Below are positions 9,901-20,275 of a stretch of DNA of 64,000 nt, piece by piece. The notes under the pieces were generated by a model. That model was not told the origin of the DNA. It saw nothing but the letters and a program-made list of their open reading frames with translations, and ran no database searches. Both the position numbers and the translations under genes were made by a program. The stretch lies in sequence record OR836606.1. One strand, given 5' to 3'. Numbering within the stretch: the first letter of the stretch is position 1; each line of letters starts with the position of its first letter.

Positions 9901-12900
9901 GTTAAAAAGGGATTAAGTACCGGTAAAACTATAGGTAAAGTAGCTAAAAGTGGTATATCTAAGATATTTAATAAAAAGAATGCTTCAGCTGCTACTAAAG
10001 GATTAAGCAAATTTGCTTCTAAAGGTTTTAACAGAGCTAAATCTATCGGTAAAGGTTTATTTGGTGGTTCTAAGAAACTTGGAGGGAAAGCTTTTGGTGC
10101 TATAGGTAAAGCTAAAAATAAATTATTTGGTAAAGGTGCAGCGAAAGCTGGAGGAAAATTTGCATTAAAGGCAGGATTGAAAACAGCATTACCATTCATA
10201 CCATTTGTTGGACCAGTGATTGGTGCAGCGATGTGGGCTCCTGATATCATTAAGACTATTAAACACCCTATAGAATCATTAAAACATCCAATTAAAACAT
10301 TGGGCAGCTTTTTCGGAATTGGAGAACATCCAGGTGATAAAATAGAAGATGAAGCTAAAAGTAAAGAAGAAAAACATACTGAAGATGAAACAGGTTTAGG
10401 ACGACTAATATTAAGCACGACTAAGCTAATGTTTAGAGCTTCCCCTATGTTCCCACTAGCTAAAGTTGGAGGGAATATGTTTAAAACAGTTACTGATAAT
10501 AAAATGCAATCCGGTCCAAAAGCTGAAGAAAATATTCAAAAAGATATATTCATGAGCACTCCTTTAGGTAGTTTATATCAAATTGCTAAAGGCGGAATCG
10601 ATTTCTCTAAATATGGTAAAGGTGAAATTGGAGATTGGTTCAGTCGTTTCTTAGTTAAAATGGAAGAAATGGTTGTTGCAATGTCTAAAATGAGAAATTC
10701 TAGTGGTTCTGGAAGTTCAAGTGGTAGTAGCTCAGGTGGAGATCAGCTTAAAGGAGATGAAATAGAAATAGATAAAAATGCTCCTTCTATTACTTCACAA
10801 GGTATTTTAAATAAAATACCTGATGACGCTGCCGGCGCTTGGTTGAAGAAACATGAGTTCTGGCAACCATTTGGTAATTATCAAGGATTAGCATTTAATG
10901 GAAGCTCAAAACACTGGGGTATAGATATTGGTATGCCTACAGGAACTGATGTATTGGCAATTGTACCGGGTACTGTTTCTAATGTCTTCGTTGATCATGG
11001 CGGAGGTAATATAATAGAGATTAAAAATGGCGGAATATACACTTGGTATATGCATAATAGTAAAATAATTGCCAAAAAAGGTGACAAAGTCCAAGTAGGT
11101 CAAAAAATCTCAGTTTCAGGTAATACAGGAGCTCAAACAACCGCACCTCACCTTCACTTCCAAGTCATGAAAGGTAGACCTTCAAATGAAACTGCTATAG
11201 ATCCAGCACCATATGTTTTCGCAAAAGTTAAAGGAAAAGGCGGAGACAAAGATGATGATAAAAAATCTGATAGTAGTGCTAAAAAAAGTAAGAAGAAAAA
11301 AGGTGATGATGGCGGTGGACACTCTGTTATCGGTGATTTAAATTCACATTCCATTCAGAGGGATATTAAAAGAAAAAGAGCTCAAGATATTAAAAATAGA
11401 AAAATCCAAGATCGCGTTATTAGACGAGAAGAACAAAGCTTAGCTAAGGCTGAAAGAGAAGACGCATTAAATGTTAAAAAAGTAGCCAAAAAAGTTAATA
11501 ATATATTCAAGAAATTAAAAGATTTAAAAGGAACTAAAGGTACACTTAAATCTTCAAATCAATTTAATAAAGTATTAATTGTTGGTGATGATACAATTAA
11601 TGATGCATCCGTAGATCTTAAAAAGAAAATTAAAGGTGCTAAAGTCGAATCTTCTAATGGTAAAGCATATAGTTTTGGACCATCATCAGGTAGAAAAATA
11701 CTTCAAGAAAATGTTTCTGAATATAATAAGAAAGGTATAGCTATTGTTATACAGCTAGGTATGAATGGTGGATTATCGACAGGAGAAGTTACAGAAATAC
11801 AACATATGTATGATAAAGCACATGTATACTTTGTGACTAATGCAATTAGTAAAAAATTAGAGAATGATACAGAACTATCTAATGCAATAGATGATCTGAA
11901 TGATTCATTAAAGATGTCTGCTGAAAATATAATCGAATGGGATAAAAAAGCATCTGAATCATTGTTTAATGAAGACGGAATCACTCTTAATAATAGAGGT
12001 AGAATGATCTTTGTTGATCTTATTAAATTGTATATAAACCCATATATTGGCGGAGGCGGTAGCTCTGATGAAGAAAAAATAGATAAGGATATAGATAAAG
12101 AAGAATCTAAAGCTGAGAAGAAAAAATCTAAAGAAAAAGATGAAGAGGAAAATAATGAAGAAACTTCAGATGATGAAGATAAAGGCTCTTCTGCCGAAGG
12201 ATCTTCTGAGTATAGTTTTAAAAATGGTACTTGGTACGGATCTATAACTGGAAGAGATGATAGAAGAATGGATGAAGAAGAACAAGAGGAATTAAATGAT
12301 CGTTTAATGAAACGATACGCTAAAATTTATGGCATTGATTACGAAGAAGCTAAAAGAATTGATCAAGAACAACAAGAAAAGAAAAAATCTGAAGCAGGAA
12401 ACAAAAAGTCTGAATCAAGTGCATCAAGTTCTAATAGCGATAGTTCTTCTGAAAATTCATCAAATAATTCTAGTTCCTCAGCATCAACTTCTAAACCAAA
12501 TAGCAATGTAAATATCGGAAACCCTCCTATATTCCAATTACCTACATTAGCTAACAGCGGATTTTCCAATATTAATAGAGGTAATAATACTTTTAATAAT
12601 CAAGGTAGTAAAAATACTCAAACAATTAATAATAATTATCAAACCGGACAAAGTGGTATTATTAATAATGAAAAAGTAAATAAAGAATTTATAAAAGGTA
12701 AGAATAGAGTAACTAACCATTATAATAAAATTGTAAATAATCATAAAAATTCTAAAATTGAAAATGGCAATTCTGGTTATACTTATGATTATGAAAAATT
12801 ATGGTATTCAGATGATTTAGTAAGAATGTTAGCTAATATTGATAGAAACACATTAGAGTCTACTAAAGAATTAGATCGTTTATTAGAAGAATTGAAATAG
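6955..12900 (+). CDS. Giant tail-associated (tape-measure-like) lysin with M23 peptidase and a degenerate OatA-like SGNH domain
   Basis: M23 motifs HWGID, YMHNS, HLHF (about 10900-11200); SGNH-like block 11566-12040; G/K/A-rich amphipathic segment; GGGGGA SD with TTG start. Confidence 0.8.
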   Translation: MAKNNKNKKNIRQLENNNKSTVIKNSSKNTGRILFNAFIKSNPSLDAIVGDSGLKLFNNDERRLKNFSEVKGSTNDLIKTLKNKSNENDLFSSSNEKLSNEKPEYESVTEYIDNPDGTKSEIVSLSDKKKSKITNSPLIAMNNLAEINQRGFVGTNIAMNNYSLSIQATNSLIYSALSNLSTIQNGIYQNTLMEENTKRDKQSKLQSIINGNISLLKYLDEKTNPENLLMGMMTGEQLKSMLMGVAKNPIEFAATQGAKIAFNKLLYGDIGGYDPEGSNKNIFNRLNKRFDPQNIGSMLINRNLVEDNKLTKGLERLTGNDNKYISNLGNALSDRLNQLKEEVLGDGKGSISLKNKRKKDTPVQFDMESHTSINKVIPDFLSRIQGNLIAKKEGRSGGLADNAELGSIYNYRKGIWENRRSAKKNALDEIKSESLFNFKDTYLGKELLSKLDNDEERTKEVLTELTKIDKPIKEISKLKEIINQKNINVSTESLSEVFEKNSAKFNTDLFNIKKSISNTLDKKDNSRIMSFTEIEGLNKSNSTYSRSNNDDDINQIKDFGNINWENSDLEEIKNIFLEIERKLNNDFSSGNINNNKEFINNKVDTINNIIDKGKIFSVLSGNNESHASVMDKLNSLSNAVNKAKEYKENPTSAIKDIASSLTNSVSLPQENNQLMRNNEYQYQNVNHQSSIIDNNPVMDLMNNIPVLNSLTINNNEANKDAYIKEPSKTIDDLTKEEKEKKAKSTIIDLVNTAFGNDPTIKKDMEDSQDTGALERMKQGLSTADAGKLGENVMSTMTGSSKKEIAESIRGNINFGKGGEAEKSIGTKKMMNGMLDFSKMGPVLFAGTSAAVLGSLMKGRNSKKDLEVSEKGFLSSAGGFLGNAAMLGAGGFLAAKFGPKLLSKLLPGGVGKFFTSMPGMLGKIGGGIKNIAGKFGLGKLFRGIKGAPKKIGNVFKGIGKFAKDKLPTVKSLGKMVIGKGAGLVKKGLSTGKTIGKVAKSGISKIFNKKNASAATKGLSKFASKGFNRAKSIGKGLFGGSKKLGGKAFGAIGKAKNKLFGKGAAKAGGKFALKAGLKTALPFIPFVGPVIGAAMWAPDIIKTIKHPIESLKHPIKTLGSFFGIGEHPGDKIEDEAKSKEEKHTEDETGLGRLILSTTKLMFRASPMFPLAKVGGNMFKTVTDNKMQSGPKAEENIQKDIFMSTPLGSLYQIAKGGIDFSKYGKGEIGDWFSRFLVKMEEMVVAMSKMRNSSGSGSSSGSSSGGDQLKGDEIEIDKNAPSITSQGILNKIPDDAAGAWLKKHEFWQPFGNYQGLAFNGSSKHWGIDIGMPTGTDVLAIVPGTVSNVFVDHGGGNIIEIKNGGIYTWYMHNSKIIAKKGDKVQVGQKISVSGNTGAQTTAPHLHFQVMKGRPSNETAIDPAPYVFAKVKGKGGDKDDDKKSDSSAKKSKKKKGDDGGGHSVIGDLNSHSIQRDIKRKRAQDIKNRKIQDRVIRREEQSLAKAEREDALNVKKVAKKVNNIFKKLKDLKGTKGTLKSSNQFNKVLIVGDDTINDASVDLKKKIKGAKVESSNGKAYSFGPSSGRKILQENVSEYNKKGIAIVIQLGMNGGLSTGEVTEIQHMYDKAHVYFVTNAISKKLENDTELSNAIDDLNDSLKMSAENIIEWDKKASESLFNEDGITLNNRGRMIFVDLIKLYINPYIGGGGSSDEEKIDKDIDKEESKAEKKKSKEKDEEENNEETSDDEDKGSSAEGSSEYSFKNGTWYGSITGRDDRRMDEEEQEELNDRLMKRYAKIYGIDYEEAKRIDQEQQEKKKSEAGNKKSESSASSSNSDSSSENSSNNSSSSASTSKPNSNVNIGNPPIFQLPTLANSGFSNINRGNNTFNNQGSKNTQTINNNYQTGQSGIINNEKVNKEFIKGKNRVTNHYNKIVNNHKNSKIENGNSGYTYDYEKLWYSDDLVRMLANIDRNTLESTKELDRLLEELK

Positions 12901-12923
12901 ATAACAGGAGGTGGAACTAATAA

Positions 12924-15900
12924 TTGGCTAGAAATAAAAAATTTAACACTAGTAAGATAGAGAAGGAGTTTAGAAATAACTCCTCCTCTAAATCTTCTAG
13001 AAAATATATAGATACTGAATTTAATAAAAATTTAAATAATATAAATTCTAACGATATGAAACGTATGATGGATCAAAACAATCCATTAAAAGCAGTTAAA
13101 GAATTAAAGAATAAAAAGAAAAAGCAACTACAAAAGATAAGTGAATCAACTAGAGATTTATCTAAAGAAGCTTTAGAATCTACTAAAAATACCTTTAAAA
13201 CTGGAGAAACAATTCAAGATAAAGGATCATTAAAAAACTTCAATAGTATGGGTATGGATTTCAGTGGAGATTTTGAAGATTTTAGTTTTGATGATAGTTT
13301 TTCAGATATAGATTCCGACATAGATAATTCTTTAGATGATGGAGATTTCAAATTTGATGACTTTGATAAGGAAGATGATAATAAATCTAAAATAGTGTCT
13401 TCCACAACAATTATCAATAATGACGGTTCTTCTGCTAAATCTACAGCACTATTAACTTCTTCTGTTTCTAATCTTTCTCAAATAAACACTACTGGATTTA
13501 CTTCTATGATTAATAACCTTAATTTAATGAGGGAAGCTAATGATAATATTAGAGAAAGTATGTTCCAGAACTTAAACGGATTAATTCAAACTAGTAATGC
13601 TATTAGACAAAATACTAAAATTAAAAATATATCCGAAATAAAGAATAGTAATTCATTAGAAGACTTATTTTTATCAAATATAACTTTATCAAATATATTA
13701 GAAGGATCTCAAGAAGAAGGATTTAAAGATAAAGCTAAAGACTTCATCAAAAAACAAGGAACAGAATTACTTAAAGAAGTTATTGGTTCTAAAAAACAAG
13801 GAATTAAAAGTTCAGGTTTAGTTGATTTAGCTAAAGGTAAAGCTTTTGATTTCCTTAATAATGAAGATACTTTTATAGAGAAAGCGGTTGGCAAATTTGC
13901 TAATAAAAAACTTAGTCCTTTTAGAGATAATGATAATGGTACTAAACAAAGGAAAAGAGATAAAAGAAGAGATGATTTACTTGAAGACGTTAAATTAGGT
14001 AAAAGCAAGTTAATTGATAAAATATTTGATAATGTAACTGGCGGTATATCAACTGCTAATAAAAAAGATAGAAATCAAAAAGTTGCTTTTGATGTGGAAA
14101 CTCATAATACAATTAATACAGTTATCCCTGGCTATTTATCTAAAATAGTTGGTTTAACTTCAGAAGATGGTCAAGAAATCCACTATGATTATGATTCAGG
14201 TTCTTTTAAAACTTCCAAATCTATTAAAAATGATATAGAAAAAAGAGTTAATAAAACTATCAAAGAATCTAGTTTTACTAAAGAATTTGAAAATATGGCT
14301 TCTGAAATGGGTATTGATCTGTTTAATAATGAAAGTAATAAAAATAAAGCCACATCTAAAATTAAAGAAATTATTTCTAGAAATATTAACAAAAGTGATG
14401 AACTTGATCAAATTAAATCTAATGACCCAAATGACCCATTTAATATTCTTCTAGATAAAATATTTAATGATAAAGAAGCTAAAACTAGTTTAACTAAAAC
14501 TAGAATGCAATTAAATAAAGAATCTAAAGATATTAAGAGAAAATTATCGGGTAGTTCTATAAATGCTCTTAATGACAAGAGTAAAAGAAAAGGTACTTCT
14601 AAAAATATTACATCCAAATTAAGTAATGGAAATAAAAGTGGTATTCTTAGTACTAACAAAGATACTTTATACGATAATATTAACTTTAATATCGTTAATA
14701 GAGATATAAGTGAGATCAAAAAGATTGTTTCTAGAATAAATAATAAAATACCTGAGAAAAGATATAATAATTCTAACGATAGTAAGTCAAGTGACTTTAT
14801 TAATAATACAAATCAATCTAATGATAATATTTCCAGAGAAATAGATCCTAGAGAGCAAACTTTAAACCAAAATACTTCTTCTAGATCAAATCAGAATAGA
14901 GAATATGATAATACTAAAAATGGAGATAATGGATCTACTATTATTCCTAATGAACAAATTTTAGAAGATGGACAAACAAAATCGTCTGAAAGTTCAGATA
15001 ATAAAGATTTTATAGATAGAATAGAAGAAGCTCAAGATCTTATCGATAGCAATAAATATGTTAAAGAGAAATTTGACAAATATAAAAATAAAGGTAAAAA
15101 CTTTGCTAAAGAAAAAATAGGTAAATTGTCCAATACTAAATTAGGTAGTAAAATAACTAGTATGGGCGGTGCTTTAACTGGTAAATTTGCTGCTGGCGGT
15201 GCTTTAATGGCAGGTGCAGGTAGTAGACTTAAAGGAAAACTTAAGGCTAGAGCTACTAGAATGGCTGCTGGAAAAGGTACTAAAAAAGCTATAGGTAAAG
15301 GATTACTTAAAGCAGGTTCTAAAGTAGGTGCTCGTGTTGGGTTAAATGCTATTCCCGTAGTTGGACAAATTGCATCATTAGCATTAGCCGGTCCAGATAT
15401 TATTAGAACAATAGCCAATCCAATAGAATCGTTAAAACATCCAATTAAAACATTAGGTAGTATTATTGGTTTCAATGACCACCCTTCTAAAACTAAAAAA
15501 GAACAAGAAAAGTTAGATTCAACTCAACCTGGCGGAGAAAATTTTGCAATTGATCCTTTAGTTGATACTAAAATGAATGGATCTATAGATAAATCTTCAA
15601 TTATTGGAGATTTTATTAAAGATAATCCATTATTAGCTTCCACTCCTTTATTAGGATTAGCAGGAATGGGTTTATATAAATCAATTGTAAAACCGGCATT
15701 CGGTTTAGGTATGAATATGGTTCAAAAAACTACCGGTATGGCTAAGAGTTTTGGAGATCAAACTGATATGGCTATGGAAGAGAAAACAAGTGGCTTTGGC
15801 GGTTTGATTAAAAAAGTTGTCGGCGGTGCTTCTATGTTAATGATGGCACCTTTGGCATTGGCTGGTAAAGGTTTAAGTAATTTAACTGGTATGACTTCAA

Positions 15901-18626
15901 CGCTTCTTCAAGGAGGAACTGGTCTAATTAAATCTGGTTGGAATTGGTTAAACGAAAAATTCTCTAGTTATGAAGAAGAAATGGGAAATATGAGTAAAGA
16001 AATGACTGAAGCTAGTAAAGAAGAATTAAGTTCATATCAAGAAGGAATTGAAAGTGAAGCATCTGATAGAGCTAAAAAAGAGATAGCGGAAATGCAAGGT
16101 ATGTCAGATAAAGCTAATAAAGATGCTGAAAAACAAGTAAAAGAATCCGCAGAAAAAACCAGAGACGATATTAAAAAAGATGTAGATGAAACTATGAAGA
16201 ATTCACCATTATCAATAATGGGTAGAATTGGTCATCAAATGAATAAATTGATGCCTAAAAATCTTATGAGTAAACTTAAGAAAACTCCTAAAAAATTAGC
16301 TGAAACTATGATGCGTATGTCTCCTTTTTATACTTTATTAAGTAAGAAGAAAAAGAAAAAATCTAAATTAGATATAAATGAGCCAGGCGGAGAAGTAGTT
16401 AATACTATTGGAGACTGGTTTGATAAGCTCGGCGGTATGATGAATGATATCATGGCTGGTTTTATGGCCGGCTCTGGATCAAGTTCAGCGGAAGCCTCTG
16501 AAATCTCAGATGGCGATGCAGCTTCAGTAGGCGGAGAAGGCGCTGAGAAAATATGGAATTTCCTAACTGGTAAGGGACTATCAGAAGAACAAGTTGCAGG
16601 TATATTAGGTAACTTTGAACATGAATCTGGAAATAGACCAGATAGAGTTCAAGGAGATGTAGCATTTGACGAAGCAAAAGCAAATAGTTCTATATCAGGT
16701 TATGGTATAGGTATTGCTCAATGGGATAATGTCCGTAGACAAGGTTTAATGAAGTATGCTAAAAAACAAGGTAAAAAATGGAGTGACTTGGATTTACAAT
16801 TAGATTATTTATGGTATGAATTACAAGGTCCCGAAAGTGCTGCGTTTTCACATCTTAAATCTACTAAAACAGTAGAACAAGCTGCTGCTTCATGGGTGAG
16901 TAAATATGAAAGAGCGGGTGTACCTGCATTAGGAAACCGTGTATCCTCAGGAAATGCTTTTCTTAAAAAATTTAGTGGTTCTTCTAAAAAATCAACTAAG
17001 AAAAAAGGCGGCGGTGGAGGAGGCTCTAATACAATAGATACTGCTTACTTAAAACAATTTTCTAATATGAGTTCTTCCACTAAAAATATTAATGTAAGAA
17101 AAGTTGCTTATAAAAATAAAGGACTAATTAAAGGAAATCCTCCTATTCAAAAAGGCGGCGGTGGAGGAGGCAGTAGTGGCAACGTTCAAGCTAAAATTAA
17201 GAAAGCTGTAGAATGGGCCAAGAAACAAGTTGGAGCTTCTTACTCACAACCTAACCGTGATGGTGCTAATTCATTTGACTGTTCAAGTTTAGTCTATCGT
17301 TCTTATAGAAAAGCAGGATTAACTGATGTTCCACAAGGTGCTACTACACATACTTTTTGGGATGGAGGTACTCCTTTCGAAAAAATAAACCCTAAAAAAG
17401 ATGGATTAAAAGTTGGAGATATTATTTTATGCGCTAATGTGGAACACGTAACAATCTATATCGGTAATGGAAAACAAGTAGAGTCAAATGGAGTTGAAGG
17501 CGTTGTTATCAACAGTGCGAATAAATATAAAAATCAATTTGGTATAGATGGATACATGCGTTATAAAGGCGGCGGACCAAGTGATGGAGGATCTGATAGT
17601 GAAGAGTCTGGAGGAGATTCTCCAGGCGCTTCAGAATACAGCTTTAAAAATGGCACTTGGTACGGATCAATTACTGGTCGTGATGATAACCGTATGGATG
17701 AAGAAGAACAAGAAGCTTTAAATGACCGTTTAATGAAACGTTATGCTCAGATATATGGAATTGATTATGAAGAAGCTAAGAAAATTGACCAAGAACAACA
17801 AGAAAAACTTAAATCTGAAGCTGGCAAGAAAAAATCTGAGTCAGGATCTTCATCTGGTTCGGAAGGATCAACGGGTTCATCTAGTTCAAGTGGATCTGAT
17901 GGAAGAGATGGGTCAAATGGACAAGATGGATCATCTTCATCAACTTCAGGTCAATCTCAACAACAAGGTTCAGGAAATTCTTCTGGAGGAAGTACTGTAA
18001 TTAACAATGGAGGAAATACTAATTCTACTATAGTTAATAATAATTATACTTCACCAGGTGCCGCTACTAGTAATTCAACTACCCAACAAATAATTCAAGG
18101 GAATAATAATACTGTAAGAAATATTTATAATATCACTAATAATTATAATAATTCCACGGTATCTTACAAAAATGGTCCTATGAAAGTTGATAATCAAAAA
18201 CGCATGGATTTAGATGAAATTACTAAGCATACAAGCAATATTGATAAGAATACGGCTAAAATGTTAGAACAGCTTAAGAAAATGTCATTTAAAGGTAATA
18301 ACTCTATTATTAATAATAAAGGTAATAATATCTTTAATAACACTACTATCAATGATAAAGGTGACTTAGTTGACCCTAAAGGTAATGTAATTATCAAAGA
18401 AATTAATAAAGAAATTGATAAAATCATTAAGGACAATTTACAAAATAACCCAGATATTATTAATAATGGTAATATTAATCCTAATGATTCATATAATCCT
18501 GGTACTGGTGGAAATAACGGTCCTTCACAAGGAGATCCAGATCTTCAAGAAGCTATTAATAGATCTTATGGAGATCAATTTAATATTGACGTGAGATCTG
18601 CTATACCAGTATTTTCAGGTAAATAA
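12924..18626 (+). CDS. Giant tail-associated lysin with phage-tail lysozyme and NlpC/P60 domains; paralogue of the upstream gene
   Basis: AGILGNFEHES...GIAQW...QLDYL...YERAG lysozyme signature; FDCSSLV...GDII...HVTIY NlpC/P60 signature; blocks shared with 6955-12900. Confidence 0.85.
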   Translation: MARNKKFNTSKIEKEFRNNSSSKSSRKYIDTEFNKNLNNINSNDMKRMMDQNNPLKAVKELKNKKKKQLQKISESTRDLSKEALESTKNTFKTGETIQDKGSLKNFNSMGMDFSGDFEDFSFDDSFSDIDSDIDNSLDDGDFKFDDFDKEDDNKSKIVSSTTIINNDGSSAKSTALLTSSVSNLSQINTTGFTSMINNLNLMREANDNIRESMFQNLNGLIQTSNAIRQNTKIKNISEIKNSNSLEDLFLSNITLSNILEGSQEEGFKDKAKDFIKKQGTELLKEVIGSKKQGIKSSGLVDLAKGKAFDFLNNEDTFIEKAVGKFANKKLSPFRDNDNGTKQRKRDKRRDDLLEDVKLGKSKLIDKIFDNVTGGISTANKKDRNQKVAFDVETHNTINTVIPGYLSKIVGLTSEDGQEIHYDYDSGSFKTSKSIKNDIEKRVNKTIKESSFTKEFENMASEMGIDLFNNESNKNKATSKIKEIISRNINKSDELDQIKSNDPNDPFNILLDKIFNDKEAKTSLTKTRMQLNKESKDIKRKLSGSSINALNDKSKRKGTSKNITSKLSNGNKSGILSTNKDTLYDNINFNIVNRDISEIKKIVSRINNKIPEKRYNNSNDSKSSDFINNTNQSNDNISREIDPREQTLNQNTSSRSNQNREYDNTKNGDNGSTIIPNEQILEDGQTKSSESSDNKDFIDRIEEAQDLIDSNKYVKEKFDKYKNKGKNFAKEKIGKLSNTKLGSKITSMGGALTGKFAAGGALMAGAGSRLKGKLKARATRMAAGKGTKKAIGKGLLKAGSKVGARVGLNAIPVVGQIASLALAGPDIIRTIANPIESLKHPIKTLGSIIGFNDHPSKTKKEQEKLDSTQPGGENFAIDPLVDTKMNGSIDKSSIIGDFIKDNPLLASTPLLGLAGMGLYKSIVKPAFGLGMNMVQKTTGMAKSFGDQTDMAMEEKTSGFGGLIKKVVGGASMLMMAPLALAGKGLSNLTGMTSTLLQGGTGLIKSGWNWLNEKFSSYEEEMGNMSKEMTEASKEELSSYQEGIESEASDRAKKEIAEMQGMSDKANKDAEKQVKESAEKTRDDIKKDVDETMKNSPLSIMGRIGHQMNKLMPKNLMSKLKKTPKKLAETMMRMSPFYTLLSKKKKKKSKLDINEPGGEVVNTIGDWFDKLGGMMNDIMAGFMAGSGSSSAEASEISDGDAASVGGEGAEKIWNFLTGKGLSEEQVAGILGNFEHESGNRPDRVQGDVAFDEAKANSSISGYGIGIAQWDNVRRQGLMKYAKKQGKKWSDLDLQLDYLWYELQGPESAAFSHLKSTKTVEQAAASWVSKYERAGVPALGNRVSSGNAFLKKFSGSSKKSTKKKGGGGGGSNTIDTAYLKQFSNMSSSTKNINVRKVAYKNKGLIKGNPPIQKGGGGGGSSGNVQAKIKKAVEWAKKQVGASYSQPNRDGANSFDCSSLVYRSYRKAGLTDVPQGATTHTFWDGGTPFEKINPKKDGLKVGDIILCANVEHVTIYIGNGKQVESNGVEGVVINSANKYKNQFGIDGYMRYKGGGPSDGGSDSEESGGDSPGASEYSFKNGTWYGSITGRDDNRMDEEEQEALNDRLMKRYAQIYGIDYEEAKKIDQEQQEKLKSEAGKKKSESGSSSGSEGSTGSSSSSGSDGRDGSNGQDGSSSSTSGQSQQQGSGNSSGGSTVINNGGNTNSTIVNNNYTSPGAATSNSTTQQIIQGNNNTVRNIYNITNNYNNSTVSYKNGPMKVDNQKRMDLDEITKHTSNIDKNTAKMLEQLKKMSFKGNNSIINNKGNNIFNNTTINDKGDLVDPKGNVIIKEINKEIDKIIKDNLQNNPDIINNGNINPNDSYNPGTGGNNGPSQGDPDLQEAINRSYGDQFNIDVRSAIPVFSGK

Positions 18627-18685
18627 AGTTAATGATTTAAATAAATAGAAGAACAACTTTTTTATATAGTAAAAATTATGCGGAT

Positions 18686-20245
18686 ATGACAATTTATTAT
18701 ATGTCATATCCGCATATATTATTTCAGAAATTAAAAAAGGATGTGAAATCTAAATTGCCTAATGAAAAAGATATAAAAGAACAAATTGAAAAAGCTGAGA
18801 AAAAAGCCAAAGAAAAAGAAATGGAAAAGCTTAATATTAGAGATGAAGATATAGCATTAATACCTCAGCCTGATGAAGGTAAAGGAGATTACGATTTCCA
18901 TGAATATGATCCTAGTCAAAATGATTTAGGTGTATTTAAAGACGCTACAGGTAATACTCGTGACATTTCTGAGTATGGAGCTTCTGATAAAACTAAATTG
19001 AGAAATGTTAAAGGGGAGTTAGATGTATTTGGAATGCCTATGTACTATTCTAGCTTAGATGATCCTAATAGAAGAATATATAAAAGAACATTTGAGTTAG
19101 ATTTGCCTTTAGTATTTATAATGCCAGGTATGCCTAAATTAAATGGTAAACTATTTGGTAAACCGGGTGAAGGAAAATTATGGAGTTTTGGAGAAGGTTT
19201 AGACAGATTAGCAAATACTACTGCTGGTTTAGTCGGTATAGGTAATACTAAAGATGGGCGTATGGTTAGTTTTGAACCTAAAATGAGTGAGTACTATAAA
19301 TACGTGCAAACTATGGGAAGTCAATTACATGCTTCTATGGGTTTAAAAGGTTCATTTGATTTGGGTGGCTCTCTAGATGATAAAAACTATGGATTAGCTT
19401 ATTATGCTGATAAAGCTACTAGTGTATCTGAATCTGGAATGCATGAATATAATCAATCTGATATAGCTTCTCAAATTAATAATAAAAACCAAGAAATTCG
19501 TGAAGAAAAAGAAATGGCTCGTATTGGAGGAGCTTCTATTTTAGGTAAAATTACAAGATCTATTAAAGATAGTATCAATGATATGGTTGCAAGTATGCCA
19601 GTATTGGGTGGTATAGTTGGTAACTTTATGGAAAACCTAGATGGTGCGTCTATGTATTATCCTGATATTTGGATGAATTCAACTTTTGACCGTACTTATA
19701 ATTTAGAATTTAAATTCTATAGTGCGTATGGAGATCCTCAATCTATTTTTGAAAATGTATACTTGCCATTTATGTCATTATTAGTATTAGCTTTACCTTT
19801 ACAAGATTCTATTTTCTCATATAAACAACCATTCATTGTTAGAGCAAATTGTCCTGGTAGATTTGAATGCCATACAGGTATTATAACATCAATGAATATA
19901 GTTCGTGGAGAAGAAGGTACATGGACAGCAGATGGTTTCCCTAGAGAAATAACAGTTTCACTAAATGTAAGAGATATGTACCCTAACTTAATGGCATCAA
20001 AATCATTCCAACGTATGAAATTTAATACAGGTTTAATTTCTTATATTGATTGTTTAGCAGGTATTAGAAGAGATCAACTATCAATTATAGATAAAGCTCA
20101 AATTAATATGCAAAATCAATATTCAAGAAGTATGCAAGTGTTAAAAGGAAGAGTATTTAAACAGCAAATAGATGATACAATTTATGGTTATAAATCTCAA
20201 ACAAACCCTCATCCTAACAGTGCTATTGGAAGTACATTATCATAA
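18686..20245 (+). CDS. Putative baseplate hub / tail-tube initiator protein
   Basis: C-terminal YNLEFKF...LALP...IITSMNIVRG...DGFPREITVSL pattern typical of tube-fold baseplate proteins; follows the tail lysins. Confidence 0.45.
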   Translation: MTIYYMSYPHILFQKLKKDVKSKLPNEKDIKEQIEKAEKKAKEKEMEKLNIRDEDIALIPQPDEGKGDYDFHEYDPSQNDLGVFKDATGNTRDISEYGASDKTKLRNVKGELDVFGMPMYYSSLDDPNRRIYKRTFELDLPLVFIMPGMPKLNGKLFGKPGEGKLWSFGEGLDRLANTTAGLVGIGNTKDGRMVSFEPKMSEYYKYVQTMGSQLHASMGLKGSFDLGGSLDDKNYGLAYYADKATSVSESGMHEYNQSDIASQINNKNQEIREEKEMARIGGASILGKITRSIKDSINDMVASMPVLGGIVGNFMENLDGASMYYPDIWMNSTFDRTYNLEFKFYSAYGDPQSIFENVYLPFMSLLVLALPLQDSIFSYKQPFIVRANCPGRFECHTGIITSMNIVRGEEGTWTADGFPREITVSLNVRDMYPNLMASKSFQRMKFNTGLISYIDCLAGIRRDQLSIIDKAQINMQNQYSRSMQVLKGRVFKQQIDDTIYGYKSQTNPHPNSAIGSTLS

Positions 20246-20275
20246 AATATTATAGAAAAGAGTTGAGTTATTATA

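Noticed and set aside
9117-10418. 433-aa antisense ORF, and similar ones at 15032-15475, 13709-14008, 42580-42894 and 61871-62206
   Set aside because: Shadow frames of long genes with biased codon use; no SD and no motifs
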